Shown here: in pieces, positions 22,530-32,594 of the stretch
Layout: the number at the start of each line of letters is the position of its first letter
Position numbering within the stretch: position 1 is the first letter of the stretch
DNA from: Caecitellus pseudoparvulus
Taxonomy: Eukaryota; Protista; Bigyra: Bicosoecida
Assembly (NCBI GenBank): GCA_965644315.1
Contig: CBFFRQ010000040.1
Span: forward strand, 186,001-250,000
Direction: 5' to 3'
Length of the DNA stretch: 64,000 nucleotides
Translations under genes and position numbers: made by a program
The notes under the pieces: generated by a model
What the model was told of the DNA's origin: nothing
Database searches by the model: none
Seen by the model: only the letters and a program-made list of their open reading frames with translations

Positions 22530-24414
22530 ATGGGGAGGCGCAAGGCGGCGCGTGGCGCCAGCAAGGTTCCCCAAGATGGCCCCCTCGGCAACATGAAGCT
22601 GAAGCTGATCAAGTCTGACATGGACCGCACGCTGAAGCGAGAGCTCATCACGTGTGTGTCTCGTGGACTGAAGATGGCGCCGTCCCTCGCTGGCCTCGCA
22701 GAGCTGCTGCAGCTGGCGCTGAACCAACAGGTGAGGGGGAATCAATTTCCGCACGGCGCCACGCTCTGAACACAGCCTGCCCGTGCGCTGCACGCGTTTC
22801 CTTGCACAGTTGGGGCAGGGCTGGAACGTGCTTCTTGGCACGTCCATGCACATGCATGCTCGGTGTTTGAAGAAGACGTACGCCGCCTTTGTCGCCATGC
22901 GCAAGGTGGACGAGGACGCCGTCGCTGAGGCAGAGGCGGCGCCGGCCAAGGCTGGCAAGGCGCTGGCCGCGCCCCAGCGAGGCGTCTTCAACATCCTCGT
23001 GTACAAGGCCGCAGAGGACGCGACGTCCACCTTCCCCGCCGCCCGCAACAGCGCGTTGGCGGCGCACTTTGGCGCTGCCAGCCCGCACGGCTCTGCCCCC
23101 CGAGCGCCAGTGACCGTGGAAGCCGCCCCCGCCGACAAGGCCGCCAAGAAAGGCAAGAAGGGGAAGAAAGGCAAGGGCAAGGGTGGAAAGGCACTCCCAG
23201 GCACGGCGACGGGCGGCAGCACCCGTGCTGCCCCCAAAGCGCCCTCGCTGCCTGCGGCACAGAGCGGCGGTGAGGGCGTTTCCCTGCAGGCGCTGCGCGC
23301 AGGGTTGCTGACGGCGGGCGAGGCAGTGCGCATGGCTGCGTTTCCAGCGGAGGAAGTGGCGAAAGTGGAGGCTGCCGTGCAGTGTGTGCGGGGGGACATG
23401 TCGCGAGGCATGCGCCTGACCGTGGCACGCCTGCTGGCCATGGTGCGTTGCCTGAGCCTGGACCAAGACGCGCAAACCACCGCCTCCTCCCTGAAAGAGC
23501 TCCTCACGCGCCTGTACGGCTCCTCCTGGCACGTCATTTCAGGCAGCGTGCAGGCCACCCAGGACAAGCTGGGCGGCGGCGGGGCGGGGGCACAGTCGCC
23601 CTTTCATGTCGATGGCGTGGTGGGCGCTGTGACTGCCTCGCCGGGTGAGGCAGCCGTCTTCAAAGTCACTCCCACGCACGCAGCCAGGGCGCCAGAGGCG
23701 TGGGCCGCAGAGGTGTCTGCTGCAGACGGCGCTTGGGCGCCCACTCAGCCCTGGTGGAGCAAGGGCGCCGCAGGCAAGGCTGGCGGGCCTGGTGCTGAGG
23801 ATGCCCAAGTTCCGCAGGATGGCGTGGCGTACCCCGCCGCCCCCGCCGCCGACACCCTGCGGAACACAGTGCTGGCACGCCATGACGTCCTGTACGTGTA
23901 CCGTCCCAGAGCGCCTGCCGTGCAGGATGTGGCGGTGGTGCAGTCTTCCAACACGTGGAGCATGGGCCGAGCCGCCGCCGTGGCGGGGGCCTTTGCTGCT
24001 CTCGTCATCTTCTTCGCGCTGCACGCGCTGGTAGACACGGGCTGCGCCAGCGTCAGCACCATGTCTGGCCTGCAGAGCTCGCGCTGGGGCTCGGATGTGC
24101 TGGTGCCGGGGCAGGGTGCATTCATCGAGGGGGAGTGGGTGGAGGGGTGGAGCCCCCCCCCCTCCTCCTCCTCCGAGACCCTGGTGGAGGCAGAGGTGGA
24201 CGAGGAGGGGGAGGTGGACGCAGAGGAGGGCGGGGAGGCGCCAGAGCCGTTGCCGCCGTCAGCCCCGCAAGTGGTGTCCAGGCGCACCCTCGTCACCTGC
24301 GACATGCCCAGCGTGCAGGCTGCCAATCGGTGGGTGTTGGCGGGGCGCTACGCGCTGTTGGCCGCGGCTGGCCTCTTCATGATCAGCCCTGCCATGCGCT
24401 ACGTCGGCAAGTAA
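22530..24414 (+). CDS. Protein with two dynein light chain (LC8/DLC type 1)-like domains and two C-terminal TM helices
   Basis: Domain 1 IKSDM..LAELLQLALNQQ|LGQGWNVLLG..ILVYKA (intron 22731-22809) and domain 2 VRGDMS..ASSLKELLTRLYGSSWHVISG..LYVYR. Hydrophobic helices AAAVAGAFAALVIFFALHALV and YALLAAAGLFMI. Confidence 0.7.
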
Positions 24415-24466
24415 TGCACGCTCCAGACACGGCCGCCAGGGTCGGAGTCACCGGCCGCACCGTGAG

Positions 24467-26116
24467 TCACCGCCCGTACCGCGGCCTGCCGCCGCCCATC
24501 GCATCGGTGCTGTACAGCTGTGAGCTGGCAGGCACAGCCGACCCGCCCACCCTGCTGCCATACTTGGCTGCCAGAGCCTGCAAACGCGCCACCCCTGCCG
24601 CTGTCGCTGCGGCGGCGGAGGTGGTGGTGCCATCCCCAATGCCTGGCCCAGCCAGAGCGGCGGCGGCGGCGGCGGCAGGTGCACGCCGAGCACTGCCGCC
24701 ACGGCTGCCACTGTCCCCTCGGGGAGGGGGGCTGCGACTGCGCTGGCGGGTATGGGCGGCGCCCTGGCGCGAGGGGGGGTCAGACCCCCCTCGTGAAGCC
24801 CCCCAGCCCCCCCTGCCGCCGCCCCACCCACGGTCACTGCCCCGGCCCGAGCGCCCCGCGACGTGGCTGCTCATGGCCTCCTTGATGGTGCCGACTCGAG
24901 ATCGCATGTAGTTGCGCCCCTCTGCCACTGCTGCGTTTCGGTCCACCTCCAGCATCGCATCCACCGGCCTCCGCAGCAGCTCCAGGGACGGCATGCCGTC
25001 GCGCAGGTGGGGGGAGAAAGCCGGCATGTCCGCACCACACAGCTCCATGGCGCCCAGTGGCACCAGTTCTTCGTTTCCATAGTCGTCAAACTCCACGGTC
25101 CACAACGGCTCAGTGCTGGTGCCCTCAGTCAGGGTGGCGGTGGTGATGGCACCGCCCACTGCCGCCGCCCCCGCAGCGGCAGCCTTGGACCCCGCCGGCA
25201 CCGCCTTGATGGTGCCCTTGTACCAGGTGTTGTCCTCCTCGTACCGAGCAAGAACATGTGTTCCGGGCAAGAACAGCCCCTCGTGCGCCGCGTAGAACTG
25301 GCTGCGCTGCTCGTCATCCCGCGCCATGGCCAGTTCCAGCGCCACGTTGCGCTTCACGGTTTGCGGCAGGCGTGGCATGGGGCTGCCCTCGTGCGTGGAG
25401 CCCGTGATCAGGGACAGCGCGAACTCCCCCAGAGTCACCGTGGCCTGCCGGTCAGCTGACGGCGCGAACCGCTTGCGGTCGTGGATGTAGGGCTGGAACC
25501 AGCTCCACAGGTCCTTGGGCGGGCAGCCGTACCGCAGGTACAACAGCCCCAGCCCCCGCACATACACGCAGTCCTGTGGCTCCAGCAAGCTCGAGATCTG
25601 TGCCGGCGTCAGGCGCAGCAGGAAGAGCTTGAAGAGCAGGCAGTACGCTGTGGAAGGCTCCTGTGCGTTGCTGGCGGAGAAAGGCGAGATGTACGTGACT
25701 CGATCGGAGATCTCCTCCACGACGGATGCAAAATTGGGCAGCGTCCTGTGCGGCGAGGCGAGAGCGGCGTGCCGAAGCCAGTGCCGTTGGCTTCCGGAGC
25801 AACAGCGCCACGCACAGCACTTGGGTGCGGAAGTACTCTGAAAACACGATGCGCTTGACTAAAATGTCCGGCATGTTAAACGTCGACGTGTTGCCATGCC
25901 TGCAAGAGCGCGCACGGGGGCCGGTGGAGGTTCGACGGCACCTGCGGTATTTGCTCGCAACACCGGCCTGGCGAAGGAGACCCCCACGCACGTGCGCATT
26001 TGCCCTTCTTGGGCGTTCCGAGCGTAGTCGTCGGCCACATCTCCAAACGGATCGTCGTGAATCTGCCCCTTCCGCCACTTGGCCTTCATGGAGTGCGCTT
26101 GAGCTGCGCGGCTCAT
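24467..26116 (-). CDS. PRPF38B: Pre-mRNA splicing factor 38B with an added Tudor domain
   Basis: HGNTSTFNM..I..SEYF, PSTAYCLLFKLFLLRLT and YVRGLGLLYLRYGCPPKDLWSWF. Tudor VLARYEEDNTWYKGTI..VEFDDYGNEELV, followed by an RS/RG tail. Two 5' introns. Confidence 0.9.
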
Positions 26117-26279
26117 CTTGACACAACCCCCCTTGCCGCCTCACCTCCACAACAACAAAGGAAGCCGCAGGCTCAAGGCAAAGCCAGCTGACAGGCAGGC
26201 GGGGTGAGTGAAGGTACTCGTGAGTGAAGAAGGAATGCCAAGTGTGCTGCATTGCCCAGCCAATCGCAGCCCGCCCTCC

Positions 26280-27709
26280 TCAAAGTGCATCCGAACCTGC
26301 GAACTGCAGCTGCAGCACCGCAGAATGCACCAAGTGGTCCTTGCCGCCGAACCGCAACACGCCCCGATCCAACTCGTACACGTACCGCCCCTTGTGCTGG
26401 CGCCGGTACACGGTGCGACGGGCCACCAGCACGGGACGCTGCACGGCAGCCTGCAACGCACTCGAAACGCACGAGGACTCCACCGCCGGCGCCCCCTCCA
26501 CAGCGCTGGCCACAGGCGCTGCACTTCGAGGTCGTTTGCGCTGAACACTGGCTTCAAGCTCGGAAGTGTCGCAGGAGGCTGGCTTGGCGAGCGGGCTATC
26601 CTGCCCCCCCACCGACGCAGTTTCTCCTGCAGCACACTCAGCTGCCGCAGGCGCCACCCAATCCACGTTGGCCGCCTGCCGCTGCGTCACGATGCCCCCT
26701 GTCTTGTCTTGCAAGAGTGCAGTGGAAGGAGACTGCTGGTTCTTATCGAGATCCGCCCTCGCCTCTGGGTGTGCAGGGCTAGTTTGGTGTGTGTGTGCAG
26801 CGTCTCCTGCCGCACCCCCCCCCTCAAGCCCCTCGTCCCCGCCCAGCAACACAGCAAGGGCCTGGTCCAAGTCCACGCCTCCCAAGTCAGGCGGTGCGCC
26901 GTCACTCTCCCACTCCTCCTCTGCCGCAGCAGGCACCGGGGCTGGTGCTGCTGCGTGGCCTGACCCCAACAGACCTGACCACGCCGCAGCAGCAGCAGCA
27001 GCAGCGTGATAGGCGCCTGTAGGCTCAGGAGACGCTGGGCCGGAGCTGCTGGCGAAACTCACAGCCCTGGCTCGCGTGGGGGGTCGTGCTGGCGCGGGGT
27101 GGCCTGCGCTTTGCCCTGTGTCGATCCACGGCAGCGTGGCTGCTGCCTTGGCCAGGAAGGTGGGGCTGGGAGGGGGCAAGGAGGAGGGGGGCTGCACCCC
27201 CCTCGCACCCCCCTCCTCTGCGGCACCCACCCCCCCTCGCCGCCGAGCCCGCACCACCCGCCGCCGGCCCGCCGCTCCGCACCCCTCCCCAGCGCAAGCA
27301 GTGTGCGGAAGCGGCGGCTGCAGGGCATTGGGGTCCCCCAGACGCAGCAAAGCACCCCCCCCCACCCCAGCTGGGCACGGCGGCGCTGCCAGCGGCGGTG
27401 GTGGGCAGGCGACAGGAGGTGCCACGAGGGCCTGCCGCGCCCGCTTGCTGGAGGGGGTGCCAGTGGGCCGCAAACGAGGAGCGCAGTCCATGCCTTCCAG
27501 CGCACTTTCCCATCGCTGTGGAGAGGGAGAGGGGCGGGATGGGGGGGGTGTATCGTGTGAGCAAGCATGGGAAAGCAAATTCAGCTCACCTGCACCACCC
27601 TCTCCAAAGTGGGCCTGTCCAGCCCGTCACCCGCCCCACGTGGACCTGAAAGCTGTTCAAATACTCGGCGAATAACAGCGTCGTACATATCCCGTGTGCA
27701 TGCCGCCAT
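26280..27709 (-). CDS. GTF2A1: Divergent TFIIA large subunit (alpha/beta; TOA1-like)
   Basis: Exon 1 (27709-27590) MAACTRDMYDAVIRRVFEQL..DGLDRPTLERVVQ, intron 27589-27516, then RWESAL, resembling the TFIIA helical N-domain. The C-terminal RYVYELDRGVLRFGGKDHLVHSA resembles the beta-barrel motif KWKFHLKDGIMNLNGRDYIFSKA. Confidence 0.75.
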
Positions 27710-28529
27710 GGCAGGCGCGACGCGCCCGCGGCAGAAAGAAAGCCCAAGCAATTACCGCACACACCAGCGTCCCGTACGACCCGCCCCGCAGCGAACTGGC
27801 TGAGGACTGAGCGTGATTTCACAAAGCAGGCCAATCTATATCGCCTTTTGTTTTTACTGCAGTGGCTTTGACAAGAATTGAAGCAGGTCTGGGCGTTTTT
27901 GGCAGAGGTGGTTGAGTGTGCTGCTACTTGGCCTGGCTCTGCTGGGCACCTGCTGAATAGGCCGTGCTCGCATGAAGCAAGGGCGCGCGCTTGATGGCAC
28001 GTGTGATGAGCTGCTATCGAATAGTAGGCGCGCCGATGAACTCTTGGCTTCGCAGCAGCTGTGCAGGCAAGGAAAGTCTTGGTGCGATGGGACTCGAACT
28101 GCAAACGCACAGCCTAATCTGGCAGAAGATCTAGAGCATGTTCGGGACGCTCGACGCGCCAGACTATCGAGATCAGCGTAGTCTTCATTTGCGGAAAGTG
28201 TGGTCAGCAAATTTTTGTTTATTTTGGCATCCGTGCTGTTTTAGTCGTATGGCTAGGAAAGCGTCGACACCGTATTACAGAAACTTGCCGTGCACTGCCT
28301 CACAATTGCTTTGTGAATTCAAAAACGCCAACATAGGCCCGCGCCAACCGAGCCACTTGCTTCTTTTTCGTGATTCTCGTCCTGGAGCGCGCATTGGGGC
28401 AATCTCCTGCAGAATCGCCAGCGTTTCACACACGTTTCACGAGCCGCATGGCAGGGCTTGGCACACCTTTTTGAACGAGCTCCAGCTTCGCCACGCACGT
28501 CACCACGCGGAATTTTAACTTGACCTATA

Positions 28530-31500
28530 ATGCAGGAACCTCTGCTCACAAAACAAGGCCGCGAAGGCCGACCAGGCGCAGCAGGTGCCGCCGCAGGGGA
28601 AGACTCGGCGAGTTGCTGGTCCGCGGCTTTCTTCCACTTTGCCAACACCCTCGTGGCCAGCCCTGGATACAAGCGGGGGTACGTCGCATGGCGACACCTG
28701 CCCCAGCCTTCTTCAGCCGACGTCTCACAGCATGTGTGGCAAGTGTGGGACGCCTGCCCTCTTCCTGCTGCCGCATCCGGCATGCTCCTCCGCGCCCTCA
28801 CGCTGTTCCCGGGCCGCTTGGGCCGCGCGGTGATGTTGCAGCTGCTCAGCGCCCTGTGCAGCATCGCCACGCCCCTGATCCTGCAAGCCTTTCTCCAGGG
28901 CCTGGAGGAGGGCAGTCCGCCAGGCCAAGGCTGGCAGCAGTACCTGCTCGCTGTCGCATTGTACGCTTCCATGTTCCTGAACGCCATTGCCAAGCACCGG
29001 TTCTGGTACGACGCAGCGCGTGTGGGCGCCCACGTCGCTGCGGCCCAGTCCATTGCGGTGCTTCGTCATGCGCTGCAAGGCACCACCAGCGTGGGGGACG
29101 TCAGTCTGGCCAACCTCGTCACAGTGGATGCCTGCCGCATTCAGAACACCTCCTTCCTCCCCTTCGCCATGTGGGCAGGCATCGGCGTGCTGACCACGGG
29201 CGTCACGGGTGCGTACTGGCTGTGGAGGCTGCTGTCTTGGTCAGGCCTGGTGGGGCTGCTCGTGTGTGCGCTGACGCCGCCCGTGTGCGCGCAGCTGGGC
29301 AAACTTGTGCGAGCGACCACCACGACGCTGCAGGGCAAGCGAGACAAGCGCAGCAACGCAGTGGCCCAGGCCCTCAGCTCTGTGCTCACTGCGAAAGTTT
29401 TTGCGTGGGAGGGTCGCTGGCTGGACGCGCTGACGGCATTGCGGGGCGCCGAGCACTCTGCGCTCATTGCATCCCTGCTGGCCAGCTCCAGCGTCAGCCT
29501 CATGGGTGGTTTCCTCCCGGCCATAGCGCCTGCAGTGGCGTTTGCCCTGTACACACAAGTCCAAGGCCACACACTCTTGCCGTCCACGGCTTTTTCTGCG
29601 CTGCTCTGGTTCTCCCTGCTTGACTCGCTGCTGAACATCGCAGCGCGAGTGATCACCAGCGCCGCTCGCAACGACGCCAGTTTCCGCCGCCTCCACGCCT
29701 ACTTGTCAGCGCCCGTGGCCAAGGGCAGCTTGCTTGAAGATCAACGAGCCGCTCCTGGCGCGGGAACTGCACCAGGACCTGTCGTACCGGACGGCGCGCT
29801 GGGTGTTTTGGCTGGCGCAAAGTGGACGCACTCTTTGGACTCGACATTCATCGTGTCAGCCCCACCCAGTGCAGTTCTCCCGCGCACGGGCTTGATTCTC
29901 ATCACTGGCAACATTGGCTCTGGCAAGTCTAGTCTCCTGAGAGGCCTGTGGGGCGACTTGCCCCGTTGTGGCGGCACCATCGCTTGGGCTGGCGGCGAGC
30001 GCCCCCCCCTAGCCGTCATGCAGCAGCCGCCGTGGCTAGGGAACATGAGCGTCCGCGACAACATCACTCTCCTGGGACCGCACTCCCCTGAGAGGTACGA
30101 CGCGGTTGTGCGCCGGTGTGTCCTGGCCCCAGTCTTCCAACGCCTGGCGCAAGCCGATGGAGTGCTCGTCGGCGAGGGGCGTGCGTCAGCACTGTCCGGC
30201 GGCGAGCGCGCTCGCGCCGCCCTGGCTCGATGCCTGTACAGCGACGCTGCCATTCTGTGTCTGGATGACCCGCTCTCTGCCCTGGATGAAGCCACACGGA
30301 CAGCTGTGTGGCTGCAGGCAATACTGCCAGAAGCTGCGACACGATGTGTCATCGTGGCGGTGAGCCAGCTCCCTCCCGGATGCACTGTTCCCAGAGAAGC
30401 ACGCATCTGGGAAGCACAGGAGGGAAACATGCGCGACCTAGGCTCAGTTGGGGAGCTGCGCCCAGATGAGACGCAAATTGCGCTGCAAGTTGGTGATGGT
30501 GCTGCAGTGCAATCCTTGCCGTCCCTACCCCCCTTGGGCGCCGAGGTCGACGAGGAGCACTACAAGCAGGCTGCAGGTGTGGTTGAGAGTGACACCGATG
30601 ACGAAGAGGGTGCCACTGCCCAACGCGCGACACAGCGGCATGCTGCCAGAGGCGAACGCAGCGCAAAGGGCGGGGTCCAGCTGAGCGTGCTGGCACGGTA
30701 CCTGGCCGCTTTCGTGCACTGGAGCGTGGTCGTCGTCCTCGTCATGTTGCTGTTGGTGAAGGACGTTTCTGCTCTGGTAGCGTCTTGGTGGCTGGCGTCG
30801 TGGACAGCGGTGGAGGCGGCGCAGGCAAGTGCGTCAAACGGCACATCCACTCCGTCAGGCATCTTCGGCGACTCGCTGTCCCGTGCTGATCTTTCAAGCT
30901 GGTCCTTTGCCCAAGGCTACCTGGGCATCATTGGAAGCCAGAGCGTGTGTCAAGCCATCGCCTTGGCTTTGATGGCCGTCGGGGCAGCTCATGCCAGCAC
31001 CACCTTGCACAACGGCATGGTGAAGGCGCTGCTGCATGCACCCTGTGACTTCTTCGTCAAGACCCCCATGGGCCAGATGATGAACCGGTGTGTCGCAGAT
31101 GTGCAGTCACTTGACACTGGCCTCATGCAGTCCGTCATCATGTTCCTGCGCAATGTGCAGACGGTGTTGGTGAACTTCACAGCAATCGGCCTCGTGCACC
31201 CGCTGACGTTGCTGGGGGTTCCTCCCCTGGCAGCAATCTACTCGTGGTTCGCAGTGCGCTTTCGAGTTGCCGCGAGGGACTTGCGGCGTGTTGGCTCCGT
31301 GCTGCGCTCTCCCCAACTGGACTGGATGCACGTTATCCTGGACGGCGGAGTCATCTTCCGGGCGGCGCGGCGTGAAGCCGGCGCGCTGCAAACGTACATG
31401 TCGCGACAGACCTCCGTAACACACGTGAAGATGACTCAAGGTGCCGTGCAGCAGTGGGTGACGGTCACGTTGGAGGTCATCAGCGCCCTCATCGTGCTCC

Positions 31501-32558
31501 TGCTTGCATTGTTAGCTGCTGCCGGAGCTGCACGGGGCGGCGTCGTCGCGGCTCGCCTGGGGCTCGCCTTGACCTCTGCGCTCTCCCTGCCCCCCTCCCT
31601 GTACTGGCTCGTACGGAGTGCTACGAAGCTGGAAGTGGACATGGTGGCTGCAGAGCGTGTGCTGGCGTATTCTGACATGCCCAGCGAAGGCTCCCTTTGG
31701 CCAGGCCACGCTTCGCAGGCGACCGTGGCGGCACGTACTCCGGCCGCAGAAGTGAAGCTGGACAACCTTGCAGTGGTGTACCCAGGCTGCACCGAACAAG
31801 CAATCAGCCTTGAGCGTGTGTGCATTCCGGCAGGGGCCAAGGTCATTGTCGCAGGGCCTTCGGGCTGTGGCAAGAGCACGTTGACGAAAGCCCTCCTGGC
31901 CATGGTGCAGTCCACAGGCAGCCTGGTGGTGGGCGGCCAAGACCTGCACAGGCTTCCGCTGCATGCCTCCCGCAAGCTCGTTGGCACCGTCCTGCAGGAT
32001 GCTGCCACCTGGTCCGCCTCGGTAGCTGACAACGTCCTCGGGCCAGCGCCAAAGCAGCTACAAGGTGGGCTGGGGAGCAGCCCGGGCATGGACAGCTTCT
32101 CACATTCGCGGGCCGACCTTGAGCGATGCAGGAGAGTCCTGCAGCAGGTGGGTCTGTGGGAGCAGCTGCTGAATCGCGACCAGGAGTTGCAGGTTTCTAG
32201 CGCACAAGGTGCAGCATGTCGAAAGTGCTTGGAAGGTGACGAAGACTGCCTGTCGCTGCACCTTGAAGCTGATGGTGCGCCTTTGTCGGCAGGCCAACGG
32301 CAACTGCTGCTCATGGCGAGAGCCCTCGCCCAGCCACGCCCAGTGCTGGTGGCTGACGAGGTGTCCAGCCACGCAGACGATGCCAGCGAGGAACTCCTGC
32401 ACAACATCGTGCTGGACCTCCCATGTACGGTGCTGTTCATCGCGCACAGGCTAACGCACATGCAGCGCTTTGACTACGTGCTGTACCTGCGGGATGGCGA
32501 GGTGGCGTTCTGGGGCCTGCCGGGTGAGTTTTCGGCGCTGCAAGAAAGAGTCCTCTGA
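28530..32558 (+). CDS. Full-length ABCC/MRP-family ABC transporter (TMD-NBD-TMD-NBD), apparently intronless
   Basis: NBD1 GNIGSGKS, LSGGERAR, LCLDDPLSALD. NBD2 GPSGCGKS, LSAGQRQ, LVADE, IAHRL. Also FFVKTPMGQMMNR and LEVDMVAAERV. Confidence 0.93.
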   Translation: MQEPLLTKQGREGRPGAAGAAAGEDSASCWSAAFFHFANTLVASPGYKRGYVAWRHLPQPSSADVSQHVWQVWDACPLPAAASGMLLRALTLFPGRLGRAVMLQLLSALCSIATPLILQAFLQGLEEGSPPGQGWQQYLLAVALYASMFLNAIAKHRFWYDAARVGAHVAAAQSIAVLRHALQGTTSVGDVSLANLVTVDACRIQNTSFLPFAMWAGIGVLTTGVTGAYWLWRLLSWSGLVGLLVCALTPPVCAQLGKLVRATTTTLQGKRDKRSNAVAQALSSVLTAKVFAWEGRWLDALTALRGAEHSALIASLLASSSVSLMGGFLPAIAPAVAFALYTQVQGHTLLPSTAFSALLWFSLLDSLLNIAARVITSAARNDASFRRLHAYLSAPVAKGSLLEDQRAAPGAGTAPGPVVPDGALGVLAGAKWTHSLDSTFIVSAPPSAVLPRTGLILITGNIGSGKSSLLRGLWGDLPRCGGTIAWAGGERPPLAVMQQPPWLGNMSVRDNITLLGPHSPERYDAVVRRCVLAPVFQRLAQADGVLVGEGRASALSGGERARAALARCLYSDAAILCLDDPLSALDEATRTAVWLQAILPEAATRCVIVAVSQLPPGCTVPREARIWEAQEGNMRDLGSVGELRPDETQIALQVGDGAAVQSLPSLPPLGAEVDEEHYKQAAGVVESDTDDEEGATAQRATQRHAARGERSAKGGVQLSVLARYLAAFVHWSVVVVLVMLLLVKDVSALVASWWLASWTAVEAAQASASNGTSTPSGIFGDSLSRADLSSWSFAQGYLGIIGSQSVCQAIALALMAVGAAHASTTLHNGMVKALLHAPCDFFVKTPMGQMMNRCVADVQSLDTGLMQSVIMFLRNVQTVLVNFTAIGLVHPLTLLGVPPLAAIYSWFAVRFRVAARDLRRVGSVLRSPQLDWMHVILDGGVIFRAARREAGALQTYMSRQTSVTHVKMTQGAVQQWVTVTLEVISALIVLLLALLAAAGAARGGVVAARLGLALTSALSLPPSLYWLVRSATKLEVDMVAAERVLAYSDMPSEGSLWPGHASQATVAARTPAAEVKLDNLAVVYPGCTEQAISLERVCIPAGAKVIVAGPSGCGKSTLTKALLAMVQSTGSLVVGGQDLHRLPLHASRKLVGTVLQDAATWSASVADNVLGPAPKQLQGGLGSSPGMDSFSHSRADLERCRRVLQQVGLWEQLLNRDQELQVSSAQGAACRKCLEGDEDCLSLHLEADGAPLSAGQRQLLLMARALAQPRPVLVADEVSSHADDASEELLHNIVLDLPCTVLFIAHRLTHMQRFDYVLYLRDGEVAFWGLPGEFSALQERVL

Positions 32559-32594
32559 GAATTCTAGCTTAAGGGTTGCAAGATACATACCCCA

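Noticed and set aside
27800-28500. AT-richer spacers (also 45170-46100 and 57970-58690) as transposon or endogenous virophage remnants
   Set aside because: I found no terminal inverted repeats, target-site duplications, or integrase, transposase or capsid motifs.
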